Of a stretch of 64,000 nt of DNA, positions 49,345 through 59,539 are shown piece after piece; the stretch's first letter is position 1; each line of letters starts with the position of its first letter. The notes under the pieces were generated by a model. It ran no database searches and was not told the origin of the DNA. It worked only from the letters and a program-made list of their open reading frames with translations. The position numbers and the translations under genes are program-made. The stretch is from the NCBI GenBank assembly GCA_963816145.1, contig CAWFJP010000015.1, positions 96,001-160,000 of the forward strand, in the 5' to 3' direction. The DNA is from an uncultured delta proteobacterium (GTDB lineage Bacteria; Desulfobacterota; Binatia; UBA9968).

Positions 49345-50403
49345 ATGTCAGCTATGGAGAACCTCGAAGTGTTGGTCATGCAGCAGGTTCCGGATTCAGT
49401 CCTCGCTCGCATTTCCAAAATCGATCGGCGCATCAAAGTCGTCGATGCCAGGGGGTGGTTCGATGTCGAACTTCGCGCCACATGGCCGCAGTGGACCGTC
49501 GACCGGTATCTTGGCGCGCGCAAATATCCCGCAACCACGGTTGCCCAGCGGAATGAAGCGCTCGCATCGGCCGAAGTCATGCTGGTGGGCTGGCCACCGG
49601 TCAAAGACATGCGCGTTCGCTCGCCTCGACTGAAATGGGTCCATGAACTGCCGGCCGGCGCTAGCAACTTCCTCGATACCGACCTGTGGGGCTCGGATGT
49701 TATCGTAACAACCTCACGCGGGCTGACGAATAGACGCCCGATGGCGGAGTATGTATTGGCTAGCTTCCTCCACTTCTCGCGTGGCTTCCACTGGAGCTAC
49801 CGCGATCAACGGCGGCACAAGCTCGATCATCAGACCTATGATCCGATTATTATCCGCGACAAGACCGTTTGCGTTGTTGGTGCCGGCGGTATCGGCGTCG
49901 AAGTGGCCAAACTTTGCGCCGCGGCCGGGATGCGGGTCGTCGGTACCAGGCGGGATGCTGCAGTGCGGCCGGAAGGTTTTGCGCGCTTGGAACCTGCCCA
50001 CGCCTTGCGCGAAGTACTGCGCGAAAGTGAGTTTGTCGCTATCTGCTGTCCGTGGACCAAGGAAACGACCCATCTGATCGGTCGCGACGCCTTTGCCGCG
50101 ATGAAACCGGGAACGGTTTTGGTCAACATCTCGCGCGGTGAGATCATCGACGAAGAAGCTTTGATCCTCGCGTTAAGCCAAGGCAAGCTGCGCGGCTTCG
50201 CCACCGATGTCTATGACGGTGAATTCGAGCGACCGCCTGACGCTCGCTTGTGGGATGACGAACGCGTCGTCATCACACCGCATGTTTCCGCAGTCGCCGA
50301 CATCTCCGAGCATCAAGGCGTGCAACTATTCTGCGACAACTTGCGCCGCTGCCTGGACGGCCAGCGATTGGAAAACGTCATCGACTGGCAGCGCGGGTAT
50401 TGA
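49345..50403 (+). CDS. D-2-hydroxyacid dehydrogenase family protein
   Basis: GAGGIG, VNISRG, TDV, ITPH. Confidence 0.9.
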   Translation: MSAMENLEVLVMQQVPDSVLARISKIDRRIKVVDARGWFDVELRATWPQWTVDRYLGARKYPATTVAQRNEALASAEVMLVGWPPVKDMRVRSPRLKWVHELPAGASNFLDTDLWGSDVIVTTSRGLTNRRPMAEYVLASFLHFSRGFHWSYRDQRRHKLDHQTYDPIIIRDKTVCVVGAGGIGVEVAKLCAAAGMRVVGTRRDAAVRPEGFARLEPAHALREVLRESEFVAICCPWTKETTHLIGRDAFAAMKPGTVLVNISRGEIIDEEALILALSQGKLRGFATDVYDGEFERPPDARLWDDERVVITPHVSAVADISEHQGVQLFCDNLRRCLDGQRLENVIDWQRGY

Positions 50404-50414
50404 AGGCCTGTGAT

Positions 50415-50496
50415 CGTCATGCCGGTGCAAACCGGCATCCAGGTTTCGTTCCCGATTACCAACCAAAGATGGATTCCGGCGTGCGCCGGAATGACG
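50415..50496. repeat. RPE/REP-like element, copy 3, flanked by a 22-bp direct repeat
   Basis: Arms identical to copy 1; direct repeat at 50383-50404 and 50501-50522. Confidence 0.85.
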
Positions 50497-50549
50497 CATG
50501 GACAGGCAGCGCGGGTATTGAAACATGTCAATGGCCTGTGTACTGCTCA

Positions 50550-50614
50550 AAGGGCGAATGCAATTCGCCCCTACGTCTCGATCGTGACTTTGCGCCTTCG
50601 CGCCTTTGCGGGAG
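50550..50614. repeat. GTAG-type REP plus half of a CGCAAAG-periodic element
   Basis: GGGCGAATGCAATTCGCCCCTAC; CTTTGCGCCTTCGCGCCTTTGCGGGAGA. Confidence 0.6.
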
Positions 50615-50632
50615 ACATTTCGGATTGTATTT

Positions 50633-51379
50633 TTAGCCGACGAAATGAAACCCACCGTCGACGTTCAACAACTGGCCGGTCATAAAGTCGCTTTCGTTCG
50701 ACGACAGAAACAACACCGTTCCCACCAGATCGCTCTCCACCTGGGTCTTTTTCAAGCTGCGCTGCTGGGCGCGGATCTTTTCGTATTCGGGATCGACCTC
50801 GCGCCCTTCGGTAACGACGAAGCCGGGGCTCACCGAGTTGACGCAGATGTTCCAGTCGCCCAGCTCTTTTGCCATGGCTCGGGTCATGGCGATCAGCGCG
50901 CCCTTTGACGTGACGTAGTGGATGTAGTTAGGGTTGCCGGTGAGCGCCACGTTGGAAGAGATGTTGATGATCTTGCCACTTTTTTGTTTCATCATGTAAG
51001 GCGCTGCCGCTTTGGCGCACAGCCACGAACCGCGCACGTTGACCGCCATCGCCTTGTCGAATTCCTCGACAGTCATCTCCCAGAACGGTCCCTTCCACAC
51101 CGACATAAAATAGGCCGCGTTGTTGATGAGGATATCGACCGTGCCGAACTGCTTGACGGTTTCAGCGACCATCGCCTTGACGCTCTGCTCGTTCGACACA
51201 TCGCAGGCCATGCTGATCGCCGTGCCGCCCATGTCTTTAACCGTTTTGACGATCTGATCCGCGCTGGCGATGTCCGGCAGACTCAACTTCGCCCCCTCCT
51301 TGGCAAACGCCAGCGCATACGCCTTGGCGATCTTGCCGCCGCCGCCGGTGATGATCACGGACTTATCTTTGAAACGCAT
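50633..51379 (-). CDS. SDR family oxidoreductase (tandem copy 2)
   Basis: TGGGGKIA, NNAA, YVTSK. Confidence 0.92.
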   Translation of the reverse strand: MRFKDKSVIITGGGGKIAKAYALAFAKEGAKLSLPDIASADQIVKTVKDMGGTAISMACDVSNEQSVKAMVAETVKQFGTVDILINNAAYFMSVWKGPFWEMTVEEFDKAMAVNVRGSWLCAKAAAPYMMKQKSGKIINISSNVALTGNPNYIHYVTSKGALIAMTRAMAKELGDWNICVNSVSPGFVVTEGREVDPEYEKIRAQQRSLKKTQVESDLVGTVLFLSSNESDFMTGQLLNVDGGFHFVG

Positions 51380-51399
51380 GGATACCCCTTAAAGATAAA

Positions 51400-51473
51400 C
51401 GTAAGGGGTTAGGGGTAAAGGGTGAGCCGCTCAATTTCCGGAGACGCCTTACACCTAACCCTTCACCCCTTAC
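51400..51473. repeat. Inverted repeat with ~7-nt periodic arms
   Basis: GTAAGGGGTTAGGGGTAAAGGGTGAG..CCTAACCCTTCACCCCTTAC. Confidence 0.7.
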
Positions 51474-51478
51474 CATTC

Positions 51479-52225
51479 TTACCCGACAAAATGCGCGCCG
51501 CCGTCGACGTTGAGCAACTGGCCGGTCATGAAATCGCTCTCCGGCGACGCCAGGAACATTACCGTACCGACCAGATCGTTCTCGACCTGCACGCGTTTGA
51601 TGGCGCGGTTGCCGACGCGGCTGGCGTTGAACGCCGGATCGACCGCGCGTCCTTCGGTAACGACGAAGCCTGGACTGACGGTGTTGACGCAGATGCCGTA
51701 GTCGCCGACCTCGCGGGCCATCGCCCGGGTCATGGCGATCAGCGCGCCCTTGGAAGTGACGTAGTGGATATAATTCTGCCCGCCGTTGAGCGCGGTGCCG
51801 GAAGATATGTTGATAATCTTGCCTTTGCCTTGCTGCTTCATATGCGGGAACGCCGCCTTGGCGCAGAGCCACGAGCCGCGCACGTTGACCGCCATCGCTT
51901 TGTCGAACTCATCGACTGCCATTTCCCAGAATGGACTTTTCTTCACAGTCATGAAGTAGGCAGCATTGTTGATCAAGACGTCGACGCTGCCGAATTGCTT
52001 GGCCACGCTGTCGACCATCGCTTTGACGCTCTTCTCATCGGAGACATCGCAGGCCATGCTGATCGCCGTGCCGCCCATGTCTCGAATCGCTTTGACGACA
52101 TGATCGGCGCTGGCGATATCGGGTAATGCTACCTTTGCGCCTTCTTTGGCGAAACCCATCGCATAAGCTTTGCCGATCTTGCCGCCGCCGCCCGTGATGA
52201 TCACCGACTTGCCTTGGAAGCGCAT
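51479..52225 (-). CDS. SDR family oxidoreductase (tandem copy 1)
   Basis: TGGGGKIG, NNAA, YVTSK. Confidence 0.92.
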   Translation of the reverse strand: MRFQGKSVIITGGGGKIGKAYAMGFAKEGAKVALPDIASADHVVKAIRDMGGTAISMACDVSDEKSVKAMVDSVAKQFGSVDVLINNAAYFMTVKKSPFWEMAVDEFDKAMAVNVRGSWLCAKAAFPHMKQQGKGKIINISSGTALNGGQNYIHYVTSKGALIAMTRAMAREVGDYGICVNTVSPGFVVTEGRAVDPAFNASRVGNRAIKRVQVENDLVGTVMFLASPESDFMTGQLLNVDGGAHFVG

Positions 52226-52300
52226 AAAGTTCTCCTTTAACTTAGTTTAAGTGTCACTTAACACCCGCTCCCAGGTGTGTCAACGAAATCACCGGCTTGA

Positions 52301-52329
52301 TTGACAGCAGCACGGTCGACTCTTATGAT
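52301..52329 (+). promoter_or_regulatory. Near-consensus sigma70 promoter, probably leaderless transcript
   Basis: TTGACA-N17-TATGAT, 7 nt before ATG 52337; divergent TTGACA-N17-TAAGTG at 52283-52255. Confidence 0.65.
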
Positions 52330-52336
52330 CGCGACA

Positions 52337-53335
52337 ATGCACCGAAAATACTTAATTTTCTTCCTAGTACTCGCAGCGGCCCCGCTGGTGATCACGGCGC
52401 GGCTGTGGAGCAAAGATATAAACATCGCCTACTCGACTATCGGCGCCAACAACACGGTCGTCTGGGTCGCCCGCGACATGGGCCTTTTCAAAAAGCACGG
52501 CCTCGACGCCCAAGTGCTCTACGTCCAGGGCGGCGGTATCCTGATTCAGGGCATGCTCAACGGCAACATTCCGATTTCGATCACCAGCGGCTCCCAGGCG
52601 ATCGTCAGCAACCTGGCCGGGACCGACTTGGTATTGTTCTCGACGTTTCACTCCGCTGCCGGACCGCGCTATCTCGGCGTTGCCAAGGACATTCAGAATG
52701 CGGCCCAGCTCAAAGGCAAGAAGCTGGCGGTTTCCCGCTTCGGCAGTTCATCGGACTTTATTTTGCGTTTCGCCTTGCGCAAAGCCGGGCTCGATCCGGA
52801 GAAAGACGTTGCGATATTGCAAATCGGCAACTCACCGGACCGGCTGGCGGCCATGCGCAACGGGCAAATTTCCGGCACCATGCTCACGGTGGAAGATCGC
52901 TGGGCGGCCGAAAAGTTTGGCTTCCGCACGCTGCTCGATGTCTATGACTACGGCTTCGAAGCCCTGACCGTGTCTGCGATCGCGAGCAAGAAGTACCTAA
53001 CCGAGCAGCGAGACATGGCGCGGGCATTCATGCGCGGGCTGGTGGAAGCGATTCATTTCACCAAAACGCGTCCCGAAGAAACCAAGAAGATCATGGCGAA
53101 GAACACCCGTATCTCGGACCCCGGAATTCTCGATCAGGCCTATAAATTCATCGCCGCCGACTATCTGCAAAAGCCCTATCCGTCGATCAAAGGCATCCAG
53201 TTCACCTTGCAAGATCTCGATCGCACCCGGCCCGGCACCGCGGAATTGAACCCGCTGCGATTTGCCGATATGGAATTGGTAAAAGAGCTGGAGACCAATG
53301 GATTCATCGACCGGATCTTCGGCAAGAAATCCTGA
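52337..53335 (+). CDS. ABC substrate-binding protein, NMT1/SsuA-like
   Basis: GLFKKHGLD, LKGKKLAVSRFG. Confidence 0.88.
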   Translation: MHRKYLIFFLVLAAAPLVITARLWSKDINIAYSTIGANNTVVWVARDMGLFKKHGLDAQVLYVQGGGILIQGMLNGNIPISITSGSQAIVSNLAGTDLVLFSTFHSAAGPRYLGVAKDIQNAAQLKGKKLAVSRFGSSSDFILRFALRKAGLDPEKDVAILQIGNSPDRLAAMRNGQISGTMLTVEDRWAAEKFGFRTLLDVYDYGFEALTVSAIASKKYLTEQRDMARAFMRGLVEAIHFTKTRPEETKKIMAKNTRISDPGILDQAYKFIAADYLQKPYPSIKGIQFTLQDLDRTRPGTAELNPLRFADMELVKELETNGFIDRIFGKKS

Positions 53336-53352
53336 TAAACGAGGCAAACTCC

Positions 53353-54312
53353 ATGGCTAAACTGAAACTCACCATCGCATTCGACAAATACGACTATCTG
53401 CAACCGTTGCGCGACGGCAAGATCGAAGCTCAAGGGCTCGACTTGAACATCATCACGGTGGAAAGCGGCATCCGTCATGAACGGATGTTTCATTACGGCG
53501 AGTATGACGCCTGCGAGTTCTCCATGTCCTCATACCTGGTCGCGCGCGGCGGAGATATCGACCGCTTGCAAGCGATTCCGTTTTTCCCGCGGCGCATGTG
53601 GGCGCATAAGTTTTGCTTTATCAAAGCCGGCTCCGGCATCAAGAAGCCGACCGACCTCAATGGCGGGCGCATCGGCCTGCGCAGTTACGAGAATACTCTG
53701 GCGTTGGTCGCCAAAGGCATGTTGATGAACAGCTACGATCTCGGCGTCGGCGATGTCACTTGGGTGATCGTCAACAAGGAGCATGTCGGCTTCAACCCAC
53801 CGCCGCATATCAAAGTCGAATACGTCGAAGGCAATCGCAAGCTCGAAGATCTGCTGGTCGAAGGTAAGGTTGACGCCGAAGTCGAACCCGACCTGCCGCA
53901 GCGCTGGATTCGCGGCGAAGGCACCGTCGAGCGGCTGTTTCCGGAGTTCGAGAAAGAAGAACGCGCCTACTACAAAAAGACCGGCATCTTCCCGATCATG
54001 CATCCGGTGGTCATCAAGAAAGAAATCCTCGACCGCGATCCATGGGTGGCGACCAGCCTGTACGAAGCCCTGCTCGCGTCGCGCAAGGCCTACAACGAAT
54101 TCATGGAACAGCCGCACCGCTTGAGTTTCGCCTGGGGTCGCTCCTATCTGGAAGAAGAGCGAAAGTTTTTCGGCAAGGACCCGTTCTACCAGGGTCTGAA
54201 AGAAAACTATAACGACATCGAGAATTTGATCAAGTTCGCCGGCCAGCAAGGCATGCTCGGGCGGAATTTGAGCGTGGAAGAATTGTTTACCGAAAATACT
54301 AGAACGACTTAA
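53353..54312 (+). CDS. 4,5-Dihydroxyphthalate decarboxylase-like protein
   Basis: YDACEFSMSSY, AIPFFPRR, TGIFPIMH. Confidence 0.8.
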   Translation: MAKLKLTIAFDKYDYLQPLRDGKIEAQGLDLNIITVESGIRHERMFHYGEYDACEFSMSSYLVARGGDIDRLQAIPFFPRRMWAHKFCFIKAGSGIKKPTDLNGGRIGLRSYENTLALVAKGMLMNSYDLGVGDVTWVIVNKEHVGFNPPPHIKVEYVEGNRKLEDLLVEGKVDAEVEPDLPQRWIRGEGTVERLFPEFEKEERAYYKKTGIFPIMHPVVIKKEILDRDPWVATSLYEALLASRKAYNEFMEQPHRLSFAWGRSYLEEERKFFGKDPFYQGLKENYNDIENLIKFAGQQGMLGRNLSVEELFTENTRTT

Positions 54313-54363
54313 CGTCGATTTTCGGCATGTTTGAAATCCGTCGCCTTTAGGCCAAGAGAAGAT

Positions 54364-54454
54364 TTGTCATGCCGGCGTAGGCCGGCATCCATCTTCATTA
54401 CGTGTGCTGCAAGGCCAAAACAACCTGGATTCCGGCCTGCGCCGGAATGACGAA
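54364..54454. repeat. RPE/REP-like bipartite palindromic element, copy 4
   Basis: GTCATGCCGGCGTAGGCCGGCATCCA..TGGATTCCGGCCTGCGCCGGAATGAC. Confidence 0.85.
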
Positions 54455-54466
54455 CGGGAGGAGATT

Positions 54467-55561
54467 ATGGCTGATTACAGAATTATCGACGCCGACGGGC
54501 ATGTGATGGAGTTGGATTCCGAATTGCGCGAGTTTATCGGCGCGCCGTACAACGACCTTGAATGGCATCACAGCTATTCATTTTGGCCCGGTCTGACGAT
54601 GGACGGCTTCCTACGCTCGCTGCGCAAAAAAGGCGGCTGGGCCGGCGGCGGCACCGGGCCCAACGCTCAAGATTGGCTTCGCTTCCTCGACATCAATAAG
54701 ATCGAGATGACAGTGCTGTATCCGACCCAGGGGTTGACCCATGGCGCGATTCAAGATCACGACTGGGCGATCTGCATGGCGAGGGCCTACAATGATTGGC
54801 TTTACAATAAGTTCATGGCGGTGAGCCCGCGCCTGGTCGGTGTCGCCCTCTTGCCGATTCAAGACATCGGCGAAGCCGTCAAGGAACTGCGCCGCGCGGT
54901 TACGGAACTGGGCATGGTCGGCGCGGTTTTGCCGGCGGTAGCGCCCGGCGGGCGGCTCTACAGCGGCCCGGAGTTCTATCCGCTCTGGGAAGAGGCGCAG
55001 AAGCTCGACGTGCCGGTGTCAACGCATGGCGGCCTGAGCATGCCAGCGCTCGGCTTGGATTCCGTCAATAACTTTACCGTTGGTCATACGCTGGAGCATC
55101 CGTTCGCGCAGATTCGCCAATTCACCGCCTTGATGTTCGAAGGCGTGTTTGAACTTTTCCCCAATTTCAAATTCGGCTGCATCGAGTGCGGCGTCGGCTG
55201 GGTGCCCTACATGATGGACCGCATGGACGAAGAACAGGAACGCAAAGGCCACTACTCGCCGCGCTGCAAGTTGAAACCCAGCGAGTACGTCAAGAAAGGC
55301 AACATCTACTTCGCCGTCGAAGTCGAGGAGTCGGCCTTGCCGCTGGCCGCCCAGGTGGCCAACGACAACGCCTTAATCTGGGCCTCGGACTACCCCCACG
55401 AACGCGACCAACGCGATTTCAGCCATGACATTCCCAACTTGATCAATCGCAAGGACATTAGCGATGAGCTGAAGCGCAAGATCTTCTGGGACAACCCGCT
55501 GCGCTTTTATCCGCGCCTGAAAGCTCGCGTAGACAAGACCGACAAGCGAGCCGTAGCTTAA
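54467..55561 (+). CDS. Amidohydrolase-2 family protein
   Basis: DADGHVME, STH, ASDYPH; GGAGG RBS. Confidence 0.9.
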   Translation: MADYRIIDADGHVMELDSELREFIGAPYNDLEWHHSYSFWPGLTMDGFLRSLRKKGGWAGGGTGPNAQDWLRFLDINKIEMTVLYPTQGLTHGAIQDHDWAICMARAYNDWLYNKFMAVSPRLVGVALLPIQDIGEAVKELRRAVTELGMVGAVLPAVAPGGRLYSGPEFYPLWEEAQKLDVPVSTHGGLSMPALGLDSVNNFTVGHTLEHPFAQIRQFTALMFEGVFELFPNFKFGCIECGVGWVPYMMDRMDEEQERKGHYSPRCKLKPSEYVKKGNIYFAVEVEESALPLAAQVANDNALIWASDYPHERDQRDFSHDIPNLINRKDISDELKRKIFWDNPLRFYPRLKARVDKTDKRAVA

Positions 55562-55577
55562 TTAGTAATAGTTTTTC

Positions 55578-55658
55578 TCACCGCGAAGGCACGAAGGACA
55601 CGAAGGTTTCGGAGGATTAGATTTCCGAACTTCGTGGCACTTCGTGCCTTCGTGGTGA
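55578..55658. repeat. CACGAAG-periodic inverted repeat
   Basis: TCACCGCGAAGGCACGAAGGACACGAAG..CTTCGTGGCACTTCGTGCCTTCGTGGTGA. Confidence 0.85.
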
Positions 55659-55670
55659 AGGGTCTTATCC

Positions 55671-58600
55671 TCAATGGAAATCCCGGCTCGGCACATTCGC
55701 GGGTTTCAATTCTACGCTCGGTTTCCATAAGCTCTCCGCCACTAGATGCACCACGCCATCTTCGACTTGCAGTTTGCCGGTGATGCCGAGAAAGCTCACC
55801 GTCTTCGCCAGCACCGCGTAGCGTTGGAAAACGCTTTCCCAGATCACCACGTTGACGAAACCGGTTTCGTCCTCCAGTGTCATGAACACCACGCCGCCGG
55901 CGGTGCCCGGCCGCTGCCGGCAGATCACCAAGCCGGCGTAACGAATGGTTGCACCGTTTTGCATCGTCGCCACAGTGCTCGCATCGGGCATACCCTGGCG
56001 GATTAAATCCCGGCGCAGCGGTTCCAGCGGATGGCGCCGCGCGCTGTGCGCTGTCCGCCGGTAGTCCCAACCGACTTCTTCGAAGTCGCTCAAGGGATCA
56101 AATCCAGGATTGGCGCTCCTGCACCGACATCGTCAGCGATTGATCGCGCGTCTGAACCAATCGGCGCACCTCCCACAAAGCGCTGCGCCGCGCTACGGCC
56201 AAACTGTCAAACGCCCCCGCTTCCGCCAGCGCGCTCAAGCTTCCCTTCGTCGAGTCGAGTACGCCGGACGAAATCTTCCAACGAGACGAACGGCTTTCGC
56301 CCGCCGCGCCGCTTCGACATTCCGCCAGTCAGCTTCACCCAAACTTTTGACATAGCGCAGCCCCATGCGGAGGGCGAAGCCGCCGGCACTTTCATGGCAA
56401 CACTCCAGCGTACAATCCCAGTCACTGGTTTGGACATCGATGGAGCGAACCACGACGCGATGGCGCTTGGCGTCTTCGACGATGGTCGCGGGCGTGTAAA
56501 AACCCATCGGCTGGGCGTTGAGCAACGAACAGGAATATTCGGCGTGATAGTGGCACTTGAGCCAGGCGGTCGCATAGGCGATCAATGCGAAACTCGCCGC
56601 ATGGCTTTCCGGAAAACCGTATTCTCCGAAGCCGCGGATCTGTTCGAAAACCCGTTCGGCGAATTCTATCGCGATGCCCTTAGCCTGCATGCGCGTGATC
56701 AAGCGTTCGCGGTGACGCTCCATCCTGCCGGTGCGATGCCACGCCGCCATATCGCGGCGCAGCTGATCCGCTTCGCCGGGCGTGTAATCCGCGGCGATCA
56801 TCGCCAAGCGCATCACTTGTTCTTGAAACAACGGCACGCCGAGAGTTTTTTCCAGTACCGGTTTCAACGATGGATGGGGAAATTCCACATCTTCCTTACC
56901 TTGGCGCCGGCGCAAATAGGGATGCACCATGCCGCCGGTGATCGGCCCCGGTCGCACGATACTGATCTCGATGACCAGATCGTAGAAATTTTTCGGCCGC
57001 AGCCGCGGCAACATCGCCATCTGCGCCCGGCTTTCGATCTGAAACACGCCCACCGTGTCGCCTTTGCAGATCATGTCGAAGGTCGCGACATCACGGGGCG
57101 GAATCAGCGCCATCGACAGCTCGACGCCGCGCTGTTGGCGCAAGAGTTTAAAGCAAAGATCGAGCTGGGTGAGCCCGCCCAGACCGAGCAGGTCGACTTT
57201 AAACAGGCCGAGATTCTCGACGTCCTCTTTGTCCCACTGGATCACCGTGCGCTCGGCCATGGTCGCATTCTCGATGGGCACCATGTCATGCACCGGTTCA
57301 TGGCCGAGGAGAAATCCGCCGGGATGAATCGACAGGTGGCGCGGAAAATCCAAAATCTCGTTGGCGAGCTGGAGCAAATGCTCATGCAGTCCGGCGGCCG
57401 GATCGACACCCAACGCCGCCAGCACTTCCGGCCGGACGTTTTCATAGGACGACAGAAACTTCGCCACGCGGTCGAGCGCCGTCTCGGAAATCCCCAAAGC
57501 CTTGCCGACATCGCGCAGCGCCGAGCGCGACCGGTAACGCACCACGTTGGCGACCATGGCGGCACGGTCGCGGCCATACTTTTGATAAACATGCTGGATC
57601 ACTTCCTCGCGCCGGCCATGCTGAATGTCCAGATCGATATCCGGCGGCTCGGCGCGCTCCATGGAAATGAAACGCTCGAAGAGCAGTCCCATTCGCACCG
57701 GATCGATGGCGGTGATGCCGAGACAGTAACAGACGACGGAATTCGCCGCCGAGCCGCGTCCCTGGCAAAGGATATCGTTGGCCCTGCAGAACTCGACGAT
57801 CTCCCACATGGTCAGGAAGTAGCCGGGATAATCGAGGGCCTCGATGATCTCCAGCTCTTTTTCCAATAGCGCGGCAACCGTTTCAGGAATGAGCTCGCCG
57901 TAACGTCCGCGCGCGCCGCGGAACACATGGCGGCGCAGCCACTGCGCCGAAGTCGCGCCGCCGGGCAGCTTTTCCGAGGGATAGCGGTAACGAATCTCCG
58001 CAAGCGAGAAGTTACAGCGTTCGGCAATCTCGATGGTCCTGTCCACGGCGGCGGGATCGTCGGCGAACAGCCGGGCAAAAGCATAGGGCGCTTTCAACCC
58101 GAACTCGGCATTGGGCTTTAATTTCCGGCCGCAGGCGCCAACCGCAACGCCATGGCGAATCGCCGTCAGGACATCCTGCAAACGCCGCCGCGACGGATTG
58201 TGATAAAGCACTTCGTTGGCGGCGACCAAGGGAATGCCAAAGCGCCGCGCTCTTTCGCGCAAACAGATTTCCTGGGCGACTTCCTGCTCGCAGCGATGGC
58301 GCGCGATCATGCCATACAACCGATCCCCAAAAGCATCGCGCAGGTTTCCGGCAACCTGATCCACATCCGTCTTGCTGTCAGCTAAAACAGTCCTGGCCAT
58401 CCCTCCGTCATTCCGGCGAAAGCCGGAATCCAGGTTGGTCTTTCTTGATCCGCTAGAAACCGCCTGGATTCCCGTTTTCACTGGAATGACGGACATCATC
58501 TCCCCACTCCATAGCGCTATCATTCGCGGCGCATGCGCACATACTTCATCCCAACCGACAGCGCTCTCCCCTTTCTCCGACCGCCGCCGCCCTTTAGTGA

Positions 58601-58877
58601 TGAGCTGGCAAAGGTTGGCGTAGCCGCAGCGATCCTGAGCCAACAGAACGATTGTCGAGCCGTCGTCGACCGAGATCTCCGAACCGATGATCAGCCTCAG
58701 CCCGACTTCCCGGGCCTTCATATGCGCCCGCACCACGCCGTAAACCCCATCCCGGTCGGTCAAAGCCAACGCCGGCAAGCCGAGGCGAACCGCTTCCTCC
58801 ACCAACTCGTCCGGATGGCTCGCGCCTTCGAGAAACGAAAAATTACTTTTGCACCAGAGGGGAACGTAGGCGGACAT
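55671..58877 (-). pseudogene. dnaE2: Error-prone DNA polymerase DnaE2, interrupted by three +1 frameshifts (pseudogene or assembly error)
   Basis: [43 protein letters not shown]-terminal SRDFH. Confidence 0.88.
58404..58493. repeat. RPE/REP-like element, copy 5, in frame inside dnaE2
   Basis: 90 nt encoding [30 protein letters not shown]. Confidence 0.85.
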
Positions 58878-58939
58878 AGGCGGAAACAATCCTACAAGAA
58901 GATCGAGACAGAGATAGAGACGAGTGGAAAGACCGTCAA

Positions 58940-59539
58940 TTACTTATGTGGAATAGACTGCAATTGCCGATCATGCAGCTTGGCCAAGAATAGTAGCGCG
59001 AGACAAGCTCCCAGCAGCGCCATCGCCATGTCGGATTGGGTGTCCCACATATAGCCCTGGGTGCCGAGAAAGCTCTCGGCGGAATCGCCGGTCGCCGCCG
59101 CAACGCCCCATTCGAACAATTCGTACAGCGCGCTGAACGCCAAGCAGATCGATATCACAAACAGGTTCAGCCAGGCGCGGCCGTTCACAACGCCATGCCG
59201 CATCAAGACTTCGCGCGCGACGATCGCCGGCACGAAGCCCTGGGCGAAGTGGCCGATCTTGTCGTAATTGTTTCTTTGCCAGCCGAAAAAGTCGCGGACA
59301 AACTTAAAGGTCTCGACTTCGGCGTAGGTATAATGCGCGCCGAGAAAAAGAATCAGGCAATGCATCAGTATCAGCGCGTAAGCCAGAGTCGTTAACCGAA
59401 AGCGTGTGTAGGTCGCGGCAAGAATGACGAAGACGATCAGCGCCGGCAGCGCTTCGAGAAACCAGGTGAAGTAATCCTGCGGCTGGATCGCCGACCAAAC
59501 TAGAGCGCCCCCATAAGCGGCAAGCCAGAGAAGTTTCAT
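58940..59539 (-). CDS. DUF2238 (YjdF-like) membrane protein
   Basis: [34 protein letters not shown]. Confidence 0.9.
   Translation of the reverse strand: MKLLWLAAYGGALVWSAIQPQDYFTWFLEALPALIVFVILAATYTRFRLTTLAYALILMHCLILFLGAHYTYAEVETFKFVRDFFGWQRNNYDKIGHFAQGFVPAIVAREVLMRHGVVNGRAWLNLFVISICLAFSALYELFEWGVAAATGDSAESFLGTQGYMWDTQSDMAMALLGACLALLFLAKLHDRQLQSIPHK

Noticed and set aside
54404-54466. N-terminal extensions from the ORF track (also starts at 225, 2750, 32074, 44987)
   Set aside because: They run through repeats or upstream genes; downstream ATGs have better RBS or coupling.
56235-56300. Programmed frameshifting in dnaE2
   Set aside because: Three consecutive shifts would be needed and there are no canonical slippery heptamers.
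56031-57869. 612-aa plus-strand ORF and similar long antisense ORFs (9743-10840, 31009-32073, 26166-27104)
   Set aside because: Shadow frames of well-supported genes in GC-rich DNA, with no domain motifs.
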